A stretch of DNA of 32,000 bases, taken from the NCBI GenBank assembly GCA_943369355.1, contig CALRMX020000004.1, forward strand, positions 347,654-379,653, in the 5' to 3' direction. How positions within the stretch are numbered: the first letter of the stretch is position 1; the number at the start of each line of letters is the position of its first letter. A program made the translations under genes and the position numbers. Below the pieces are notes generated by a model, which did not search any database, was not told the DNA's origin, and worked only from the letters and a program-made list of their open reading frames with translations. The stretch is from Chitinophaga pinensis. GTDB lineage: Bacteria > Bacteroidota > Bacteroidia > UBA7662. This document shows, piece by piece, positions 15,674-23,208 of the stretch.

Positions 15674-16716
15674 TTTTCGCTCTAAGCCTTTGTTTGTTGT
15701 CGTGGGAGGTACTGGCTCAAGATACTCCACGTCCTTCCGATGCCCAGGTATTGCGCATACGTTCTGTTGAGCGCATCATCAGTCAGCTACGTGAAAGCCT
15801 CCCCACCTATTCCGAAGATTGTCAGCGTATCGCCTTGATGATGCCCGATTTTAAGGAGAAGAACGTAAGCGCTGAAGAGGCCATGCTCATTCGTAATCAG
15901 CTTGCCCAGCAAGTTCAAAAAACGGCTTTTACGGTGGTAGACGTTCCCGAATTCCACGAATATCGACTTACACGGGTTTTTAGTTCCGATAGCGGCTTGC
16001 TGTATCAGCGGAATTCCCCCACACGCTTACTGCGAACCAACTCAGAAGCAACCGAACTGCTGGTAAAAAAGCACAAACTCGACGGCATCATTTACACGCA
16101 AATCACCTATGATTCACTCATTGGGCATACCGTTAGCATGCAATTGGTGCAGCAACGTTCGCGCGAGATAATTTGGAACCGCACCTTCCACGCCAATATA
16201 GGCATGGTCAGAGCACGAGAAAGCCAACATCTCGTTGCCTTGGGAATGGGCATGAATAGCGTGCGCTTCGTGAATGGTCTAGGAGGATACCGCGTAGCAC
16301 TTCCCAGTGTACATATCCGATGGATGTGGCGCCAACCCGTCAATGAGGCCCGTACGGTGAACTTGTTTACACTCACCCAGTTCAGCATGTACCAAGCAAA
16401 CTTTAAAGCCAACGACAGCTTGAGCTTTAATTTTTGGCGCCCTGTTCCTGAACTTGGGCTCGGATATTCACTTTCCTTTTTGAATAAAAAGAATAGTAGT
16501 GATTATTGGTTCGAGGGATATCAATCGTTTACACTACATTTTTTCAACCGTATGCGAACTAGCATCAACCAGGGTTTGTCGTTCAATTTTACGCGAAATC
16601 TGGTAGTGATGGGCGAAGTAAGCTTCATAACGGGCGCGCCTGAGTTGCACAACTATAACAATGTGGTCACTTTAAATCAGTTTCAGTATGCAGTACGGCT
16701 CAACTACCGTTTTTAA
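15661..16716 (+). CDS. outer-membrane protein: signal peptide, periplasmic alpha/beta domain, C-terminal beta-barrel ending in an aromatic residue
   Basis: The internal ATG at 15661 of track ORF 15451..16716 gives MVRLIFALSLCLLSWEVLAQ. It overlaps the FliG-like stop by 13 nt. The C-terminal half has alternating beta-strand patterns and ends ...QYAVRLNYRF, an OMP beta-signal-like terminal Phe. Confidence 0.75.
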   Translation: MVRLIFALSLCLLSWEVLAQDTPRPSDAQVLRIRSVERIISQLRESLPTYSEDCQRIALMMPDFKEKNVSAEEAMLIRNQLAQQVQKTAFTVVDVPEFHEYRLTRVFSSDSGLLYQRNSPTRLLRTNSEATELLVKKHKLDGIIYTQITYDSLIGHTVSMQLVQQRSREIIWNRTFHANIGMVRARESQHLVALGMGMNSVRFVNGLGGYRVALPSVHIRWMWRQPVNEARTVNLFTLTQFSMYQANFKANDSLSFNFWRPVPELGLGYSLSFLNKKNSSDYWFEGYQSFTLHFFNRMRTSINQGLSFNFTRNLVVMGEVSFITGAPELHNYNNVVTLNQFQYAVRLNYRF

Positions 16717-16720
16717 GTTG

Positions 16721-17242
16721 ATGCTGCTGCTGCTACTAGCAGCCGCATGTGCCAAAAAGTCTACGCCCGAGGCCGAAGTCGCTCCCGTTCGTCGTACTGT
16801 GGTACAGAAAAAAGGACCTGAACCTTTACGGATAAAATACTCGAACCAAACCACCCAAATGGATCTTGCCTTGGAAATGGAAGATGAGGTGATTGTGGAA
16901 ATGCGCGGCATTCGGCTAGATTCAACACAACTCGTTGCTGACAGCACCGTTCTCGCAAATCAGCAGCAGGAACAACAAGAACGTCAGCTTTTGAGTGTGC
17001 AACGCGCGCTCAAAAATTACCGCATGGCGCAGGAGGCCTTACTCCGCAAACAATACGACAAAGCCATGCTATATATCGATGCTTGTTTGCTTGAAGGCGA
17101 AACCGCTGAAGCTTTGGCTTTTAAGGGGTCGGTTTTTTACCTGCAAGGCAATAAAGTGGAGGCCAAAAAATTGTGGCAGAAGGCTAGGCAACTCGACCCT
17201 GATATGCCCGATGATGTGTATTACGAAACCCGAAAAAACTGA
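16721..17242 (+). CDS. TPR-containing lipoprotein
   Basis: The ATG at 16721, 4 nt after the upstream TAA, gives MLLLLLAAACAKKS with a lipobox LAAAC. The C-terminal part is TPR-like: YDKAMLYIDACLLEGETAEALAFKGSVFYLQGNKVEAKKLWQKARQLDPD. Confidence 0.7.
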   Translation: MLLLLLAAACAKKSTPEAEVAPVRRTVVQKKGPEPLRIKYSNQTTQMDLALEMEDEVIVEMRGIRLDSTQLVADSTVLANQQQEQQERQLLSVQRALKNYRMAQEALLRKQYDKAMLYIDACLLEGETAEALAFKGSVFYLQGNKVEAKKLWQKARQLDPDMPDDVYYETRKN

Positions 17243-18072
17243 TGCGCTTCTCCATTTATACAACCGTTGCTGCACTTCTCTCCTTTGTATTGGTGATTCT
17301 AGGTGCACTCGATACGGGTGAGGTAATCGACATTGATGGATATTTACCGGCCACATTGAGTGGAATGACCTATTTAAACATTCCAAGCTTATTCATTGTA
17401 TTGGGTGGCGTACTCACGGGTACTTTTGTGATGTTTCCATTCCATTCGGTATTGAACACGCTTGGCGCCGTGCGGTATTTATTTAGTCACAGCAATACCA
17501 AACGTTCGGTGATGTACGATGCTACCAACAGTTTGCTTGAAGTTACCGCTGCCTACAAAAAAGATAAATCCAGCTTCCGCGATAAGTTGCGTACTACTTT
17601 CAACGACCCCTACGTGCTTACCTTGGAAGAATTGCTCGAGACCAACTACCCGGCAGAAGAAATGCGGAAATTGGGAGAATCGCGCATAGAAAATAGTTTT
17701 TCAACGAATACCACGCAGGCCGACATATTATCGTCGATGGCTACTTCGGCACCAGCATTTGGCATGCTGGGAACCATCTTAGGCCTCATCGCCATGCTTC
17801 GCAATCTCGAAGATCCCTCAGCTGTAGGTCCTTCGTTGGCTGTAGCCCTAATTACTACTTTGTATGGCGTTATCTTCGCCAACCTTGTATTTCTTCCTCT
17901 TTCAAAAAAAATAAGGGCACATGCCATGCACAATTTCGAATGGCAAACCATTGTCCTCGAAGCCTTTATCATGTTGCGCGAAAATCGGTCGGGTATGTAT
18001 ATGAAAGACCGTCTTTTTGCCCTCATCGATCATCAGCAAATAGCAGAACCCGAAGAAAAAGCGGCAAAATAG
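17242..18072 (+). CDS. motA: MotA/PomA-type stator protein (MotA/TolQ/ExbB proton-channel family, 4 TM with long cytoplasmic loop)
   Basis: A TGATG stop/start overlap lies at 17240-17244. It has four TM segments with a loop of about 100 aa between TM2 and TM3. It carries the signatures SAPAFGMLGTILGLIAML (conserved Pro, TM3) and LAVALITTLYGVIFANLVFLPLSKKI (conserved Pro, TM4). Confidence 0.9.
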   Translation: MRFSIYTTVAALLSFVLVILGALDTGEVIDIDGYLPATLSGMTYLNIPSLFIVLGGVLTGTFVMFPFHSVLNTLGAVRYLFSHSNTKRSVMYDATNSLLEVTAAYKKDKSSFRDKLRTTFNDPYVLTLEELLETNYPAEEMRKLGESRIENSFSTNTTQADILSSMATSAPAFGMLGTILGLIAMLRNLEDPSAVGPSLAVALITTLYGVIFANLVFLPLSKKIRAHAMHNFEWQTIVLEAFIMLRENRSGMYMKDRLFALIDHQQIAEPEEKAAK

Positions 18073-18081
18073 CAGAGGATC

Positions 18082-18735
18082 ATGCGGATTTTGAAGCCCC
18101 AGAACGAAGATGAACAGAACTGGTTGATTACCTACAGCGACCTGATTACCCTCGTTCTTTGCTTTTTTGTGATGCTGTACACCACTGCTGAAGTAAAAGT
18201 GAGTGTTTGGGACGAGCTAAAGGCTGGGTTTAATGCCGAAATGAAAAAGCAGCAGCGTCCGAAAGATTACCTCAAGCAAGCGGTAAGAGAGCTGGACAGC
18301 TTACGCAGAACCTTACCCGATTCAGATGCCTTTGTGCTTCAGTTAAACAAAGAGGGTTTGGAGATTAACTTCGTCAGTAAACTCCTTTTCCCAAGTGCCG
18401 AAGCACAACTGTTACCCGAAGGTGAACAGGTACTGCGTCAGGTGGCCGGGCTCCTTGGACGTCTCAACGACCGTCCATACGAGTACGAAGTTCAGGGCCA
18501 TACCGACGATCTGCCCATCAATACGCCCATATTTCCATCGAATTGGGAGTTAAGCTCAGCACGAGCAACTACGGTGGTTCGCGCTTTGATTGCCTCAGGT
18601 TTAGATCCAGAAAAATGCCGTGCTTCGGGTTTTGCCGAAACCCGCCCTGAATTGCCCAATCGCGACCCTAAAGGCGTGGCAATACCCGAAAATCAAGCCG
18701 CCAACCGCAGAGTGGTCGTTTTGGTGCGTCGCTAA
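18082..18735 (+). CDS. motB: MotB/PomB-type stator protein (single TM with conserved Asp, plus OmpA-like peptidoglycan-binding domain)
   Basis: NWLITYSDLITLVLCFFVML is the MotB TM segment with the invariant Asp. The C-terminus GHTDDLPINTPIFPSNWELSSARATTVVRAL...GFAETRP...NRRVVVLV is OmpA/MotB-like. It lies 9 nt after motA with an upstream aGAGGA. Confidence 0.9.
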   Translation: MRILKPQNEDEQNWLITYSDLITLVLCFFVMLYTTAEVKVSVWDELKAGFNAEMKKQQRPKDYLKQAVRELDSLRRTLPDSDAFVLQLNKEGLEINFVSKLLFPSAEAQLLPEGEQVLRQVAGLLGRLNDRPYEYEVQGHTDDLPINTPIFPSNWELSSARATTVVRALIASGLDPEKCRASGFAETRPELPNRDPKGVAIPENQAANRRVVVLVRR

Positions 18736-18742
18736 ACATTAT

Positions 18743-19828
18743 TTACCGATCCGAAAACTTGCGCATCAACAGCTCCATCGGTCCGTGTTTGAAGCTTTTT
18801 AGCCAATAGTAGCTAATCAAACAACTTGCTGCAAAATATACCGAAGCGAACAGAAGTATGATTTGGGGCTGCACATAGTGCATTTTATCTGTTCGGAAGC
18901 CCAAGTCGCTATCGGTGAGGAACGCAAGCAGCGGTAATCCCAAAAGAATGTGCGATAAATAGTGCGTTAGCGTCATCTGGCCAGTTGAGGTGAACAGCTG
19001 AACCCAACGATATTGGTTCACATACCCACTAATTTGGAGAAATAAAGTAATGAGCATCAATCCTGAGCCCATGGTACTGAGTATAAACGGAAGAAATGGA
19101 GGCAAGTAATCGGCCGAGAAAAACAGCTTCATCTCATTGCTTAAGGGTACTGAAGCCGACCAGATTTGAATTCCCCAAGTGATAGAATACAAGAAAAAAC
19201 CAATACTAAATATGCGTAACCGCAAACGAAAAGAGTTTAAATCTAATCTTCCAAGATACATGCCTACCATGAAGTAGGCTAGCCATGGAAAGATTGGGTT
19301 CCAGCCATTGTAGAACGTATTCCGTACAAAACCCTTCAAGGTCCAGAAGTCGAGGTATTGTAAAGTTTCAAAATCCCAACCCGTTTCGAAAGGCAAGACC
19401 AAGGTCAATAAATGAAATACTAATATTGCTACACTAGCTGTAAATAAGTAGTAACGTTTATTCACGAATAAAAGCAACATGCCGATGTGCATATAACCTC
19501 CATAAAAATGAAGAATATCGGCAGGCCACCAGTTATACAAAAGCAAACCCAAACAAAACAAAAACAAAGCTCTTTTATTCACTACCCCCACTAATTGTTT
19601 GCGTTCCTCAAAGGTATAAGTAGCTCGATTACTCATGAGTGCGATACCCATGCCAGCTAGTAAAACGAAAACCGTACTTGAATTGCCACTAAAAGCAGCT
19701 AAGGTTTTGGCCCAAAACGATTGATCGTGGTAATTCCCAAATACTACATTGAAGTTGACGATAAACATGCCGAAAATGGCATAGGCTCGGGCTAAATCGA
19801 ATCCGGCAACTCTGGACTTTGAATGCAT
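18743..19828 (-). CDS. DUF418/DUF1624-type (YeiB-like, acyltransferase-like) polytopic membrane protein
   Basis: The N-terminus RVAGFDLARAYAIFGMFIVNF resembles the R..DllRG.A...M...N opening of the family. It has about 10 hydrophobic segments. Confidence 0.6.
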   Translation of the reverse strand: MHSKSRVAGFDLARAYAIFGMFIVNFNVVFGNYHDQSFWAKTLAAFSGNSSTVFVLLAGMGIALMSNRATYTFEERKQLVGVVNKRALFLFCLGLLLYNWWPADILHFYGGYMHIGMLLLFVNKRYYLFTASVAILVFHLLTLVLPFETGWDFETLQYLDFWTLKGFVRNTFYNGWNPIFPWLAYFMVGMYLGRLDLNSFRLRLRIFSIGFFLYSITWGIQIWSASVPLSNEMKLFFSADYLPPFLPFILSTMGSGLMLITLFLQISGYVNQYRWVQLFTSTGQMTLTHYLSHILLGLPLLAFLTDSDLGFRTDKMHYVQPQIILLFASVYFAASCLISYYWLKSFKHGPMELLMRKFSDR

Positions 19829-19896
19829 AAAAATTACTTTTAATGCACCAAAAATCTCCGTTGGTGTGACAGAAACCTTTGACCTAAATCAAATAA

Positions 19897-20475
19897 TCAT
19901 AGCCTAGCCCGAATTCGACTGAGCGTTTCAAGAGTTACACCCAAATAGGAGGCAATATGCGTGAGCGAAACTTGCTGCACGATATGCGGGTGGCTTCTGA
20001 CCAATTGTTTGTAACGGTCTTCTGCATTCAAAGTGCGCAGTTCAAGTAATCGGCTTTCAAGCCAAAGCGCGTGATATTCGGTCAATAACAAGTCCAAAAC
20101 CACCAATTTGGGGTATTTATTCTTTAGCAACTGAAAACCGTGGTAATCTAACTGAGCAACCACAACCTCGGTAACTGCTTGGATGTACTCCTTCGATGGT
20201 TCTTGAAGGGTGTAAGCAACAAACGAAATCGCCAAATCGCCCGGGAACAACAAGCCTGTTGTTACTTCTTTTCCATCGTTCAGGTAATATTTACGTACAA
20301 TTCCCGCCTCGATATCGAAGCTGCATCTTCCCTGCTCATCTTGCTTTAAAAGATATTCACCTTTTCGATACGTCTTTCTAACAGCAAGTTTTTGGAGTTC
20401 CTCTCGGGTTTCAGCATCGAGCGACTGGAAGTACTCTTCTATCTTTTTGAGTTGTTGTTGCATGGTATTATGCAA
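19897..20475 (-). CDS. Crp/Fnr family transcriptional regulator
   Basis: At 192 aa it has an N-terminal cNMP-binding-like beta-roll (YRKGEYLLKQDEQGRCSFDIEAGIVRKYYLNDGKEVTTGLLFPGD). It has a C-terminal HTH (LTHIASYLGVTLETLSRIRARL). Confidence 0.85.
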   Translation of the reverse strand: MHNTMQQQLKKIEEYFQSLDAETREELQKLAVRKTYRKGEYLLKQDEQGRCSFDIEAGIVRKYYLNDGKEVTTGLLFPGDLAISFVAYTLQEPSKEYIQAVTEVVVAQLDYHGFQLLKNKYPKLVVLDLLLTEYHALWLESRLLELRTLNAEDRYKQLVRSHPHIVQQVSLTHIASYLGVTLETLSRIRARL

Positions 20476-20700
20476 CTAAGGTGATTTGCATTACCGAAGG
20501 TACCGAAAAGCACATAGCGAAACTCAAAACAAAAGCCGATTAAATTCACAAACCACTTTCGCAGCGTATTTGTACTGTACCACGGGCGTAAACATAGCTG
20601 TGACAGCGTCCTACCTTGGTACTTTTTATAGAAAACGATGCTTAACCATCCTCATTCAAGAGTTCAGCAAAACGTGTCTTTATCCTAACCGTATAAGAAG

Positions 20701-22110
20701 CTAATGCGTCAAGGAGGTATTCTTGCTGATATTAAACTTTCCACTCGCCTTCATTGCACCGAAGCCCCCAGCTACGTTGATGAGGTTGTCGTAACCACGT
20801 GCTTTTAAGATAGAGGCAAACACCATTGAGCGATATCCACCTGCGCAATGTACATACCAGGTTTTGCTTTTATCTGCCTTGAGCATGCTCTCGTTAACGA
20901 AATCGAGTGGTGCATTAACGGCATTGACCAGGTGTTCGCTTAGGTATTCACTTTCCTTACGAACATCTAGGATATCGATTTCGGGATTGGCCGATTCAAT
21001 AGCCGAAAACTCTTCGACTGTGATACTCTGGATGGTTTCAAAGGCACGACCAGCTGCCAACCAACTGCCAAAGCCACCTTCGAGGTAACCAATGGCGAAA
21101 TCGTAACCTACACGCGCCAAACGAGTAACTACCTCTTCTTCGCGGCCTGGTTCGGCAACCACTAAGATATGTTGACGAATATCGGGTATCAAGGTACCCA
21201 CCCAAGGAGCAAACCCTCCATCGATACCGATGTTGATGCTACCTGGGATAAAGCCTTGTGCAAATACTTCTGCCTTCCGGGTATCTAGAATAAGGGCATC
21301 GGTTTCGTTGGCTGCGGCTTCAAATGCTGCTGGTGAAAGAGCTTGCGTGCCGCGCTTCAGCACTTCGTCGATGCTGTCGTAACCTTTTTTGTTCATTTGA
21401 ACATTTAATGGGAAATAAGCAGGAGGCGGCATCAGGCCACTGGTCACTTCTTTCACAAATTCATCCTCAGTCATATCGGCACGCAGTGCGTAGTTGTTCT
21501 TTTTCTGGTTCCCGAGCAGGTCGAAGGTTTCTTTACTCATGTTTTTACCACAAGCTGAGCCGGCACCGTGGGCTGGATATACCACCACGTCGTCGGGCAA
21601 AGTCATGATTTTAAGCCTGAGCGAATTGTAGAGCAAACGTGCAAGATCGTCTTGTGTAAGTTCGCTTTTTGCTGCGAGGTCGGGACGGCCTACATCACCT
21701 ATGAACAAGGTATCGCCTGAAAAAATGGCTATTTCTTTGTTGTTTTCGTCTTTCAATAAATACGTAGTGCTTTCGAGGGTATGGCCAGGAGTATGCAACA
21801 CCTTAATGGTGAGCTTGCCTACTCGAAGTTCTTCGCCATCAGCAGCCACATGAACATCGTATTCGGTATGGGCATTCGGGCCAAATACAATTTTTGCTCC
21901 TGTAGCTTTGGCTAAGTCGAGATGGCCAGAAACGAAGTCGGCATGGAAATGCGTTTCAAGCACGTATTTAATCTTTGCTCCCGCTTTTTCGGCCCGTTGC
22001 TGATAAGCCGTTATTTCTCGAAGTGGATCAATAACCACGGCTTCTCCATCACTTTCAATATAATAGGCTCCTTGGGCAAGGCAACCGGTATAAATTTGCT
22101 CAATGGTCAT
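20701..22110 (-). CDS. MBL-fold metallo-hydrolase (persulfide-dioxygenase-like) fused to two rhodanese domains
   Basis: It has the ETHFHADFVSGH metal-binding motif and a later HTPGHT motif. The C-terminal rhodanese domain has the active-site loop YVHCAGGYRS. Confidence 0.85.
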   Translation of the reverse strand: MTIEQIYTGCLAQGAYYIESDGEAVVIDPLREITAYQQRAEKAGAKIKYVLETHFHADFVSGHLDLAKATGAKIVFGPNAHTEYDVHVAADGEELRVGKLTIKVLHTPGHTLESTTYLLKDENNKEIAIFSGDTLFIGDVGRPDLAAKSELTQDDLARLLYNSLRLKIMTLPDDVVVYPAHGAGSACGKNMSKETFDLLGNQKKNNYALRADMTEDEFVKEVTSGLMPPPAYFPLNVQMNKKGYDSIDEVLKRGTQALSPAAFEAAANETDALILDTRKAEVFAQGFIPGSINIGIDGGFAPWVGTLIPDIRQHILVVAEPGREEEVVTRLARVGYDFAIGYLEGGFGSWLAAGRAFETIQSITVEEFSAIESANPEIDILDVRKESEYLSEHLVNAVNAPLDFVNESMLKADKSKTWYVHCAGGYRSMVFASILKARGYDNLINVAGGFGAMKASGKFNISKNTSLTH

Positions 22111-22215
22111 ATGCGGAAGATTTTAGATGAATCAGAAAATTAAAGATAAGGTATCGGTCGAAATACACCTGAAAACGAAGTTCTAAAACATGAAGTTCAA
22201 TTCAACGCAAGAAGT

Positions 22216-23010
22216 TCAGCTAAGTAGTCCCAGTTCTTTGACAAGAATGAATACGCCCATGACAAGCACAAACCAACCAAAGGCTTTTTTCAGTTTACTG
22301 CCATCTATTTTTCTTGACAGGTAGTTGCCTCCAAAAATTCCGGCGATGGCTATTCCACTGATGCTAAGGAGCATGGTCCAGTCGATAGCAAGATGTCCCA
22401 AATCGCCAGTAAAACCAATAAGCGATTTGGCTGCTATGATGAGTAAGGAGGTCCCTACCGCCATTTTCATGGATAAACCGGTGAGTAAGACCAAGGCAGG
22501 TATGATGAGAAAACCTCCACCGGCACCAACCAAACCGGTAAGTGTTCCTACCACTGCTCCTTCGAGTAAAATGAGACCATACCGATATGTTCCTTTGGTT
22601 TTTGGCATGGCGGGCCTAGCATCGCGTATCATAGAAACAGAAGCGGCCACCATGAGCATCGCAAACAACAACATGAGGAAGAGTGGACGAGTGAGCTCAA
22701 AAGCACCAACTGTAAATAGCTGCTCTGGGATGGCAGGAACCAATAAAGCCCGTGTTAGATATACGGCAACTATGCTTGGAGCTCCAAAAACTGCCGCAGT
22801 TTTCAAGTCTACCAATCCTTCTTTGTATTTACTCCAACTGCCCACTAGGCTGGTTAAGCCAACGATAAACAGACTGTAAGCAGTAGCCGCTACGGGTTCA
22901 ACTCCCAACAGATATACGAGTACAGGAACAGTAAGAATAGATCCACCTCCTCCTATCATGCCAAGCGACAACCCAATCAATGCTGCACTCAGGTATCCGA
23001 TAATTTCCAT
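22216..23010 (-). CDS. TauE/SafE family sulfite-exporter-like membrane protein
   Basis: The start at MEIIGYLSAALIGLSLGMIGGGGSILTVPVLVYLLG (ATG at 23010) matches the family's G.GGG...VP motif. A second copy, GLVGAGGGFLIIPALVLL, is also present. The near-consensus -7 box AAATTTTG (23026-23033, reverse strand) lies inside the longer track ORF, which favours the shorter start. Confidence 0.8.
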   Translation of the reverse strand: MEIIGYLSAALIGLSLGMIGGGGSILTVPVLVYLLGVEPVAATAYSLFIVGLTSLVGSWSKYKEGLVDLKTAAVFGAPSIVAVYLTRALLVPAIPEQLFTVGAFELTRPLFLMLLFAMLMVAASVSMIRDARPAMPKTKGTYRYGLILLEGAVVGTLTGLVGAGGGFLIIPALVLLTGLSMKMAVGTSLLIIAAKSLIGFTGDLGHLAIDWTMLLSISGIAIAGIFGGNYLSRKIDGSKLKKAFGWFVLVMGVFILVKELGLLS

Positions 23011-23208
23011 GTGTTGAATTTCGTACAAAATTTGCAGTTGCATTCGACTTGAATTGTGACTTGGGTTACGGAAGTGCAACTAAAAGCAGGTGTTCATCTT
23101 AATCTTCAGAATTAATGAGCATATCATTTATCTAATTCTACCAATTTTCTCCAGGTATCAGGTTTACCACTCATCAAGATGTATATGCCCGAATCACCCG
23201 AAATTTGG

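Noticed and set aside
13898-18735. Could the MotA/MotB pair be a Zorya anti-phage system, a TolQR/ExbBD system, GldLM, or simply a piece of a flagellar regulon?
   Set aside because: - Zorya: ZorA has a very long C-terminal tail and is accompanied by ZorC/D-type (or ZorE) genes. Here MotA is 276 aa and the partners are the FliG-like protein, an OMP and a lipoprotein.
- ExbB/TolQ: these have 3 TM segments, and ExbD/TolR lack an OmpA-like peptidoglycan domain.
- GldLM: GldL/GldM have a different topology and size.
- Flagellar regulon: no other flagellar gene is in the window and the context is T9SS/gliding-type. The full genome must still be checked.
22325-22879. 184-aa plus-strand ORF
   Set aside because: It is antisense to the TauE/SafE-like membrane protein, which has clear duplicated GGG..VP motifs. 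The antisense translation is Pro/Ala/Lys-rich with no motif.
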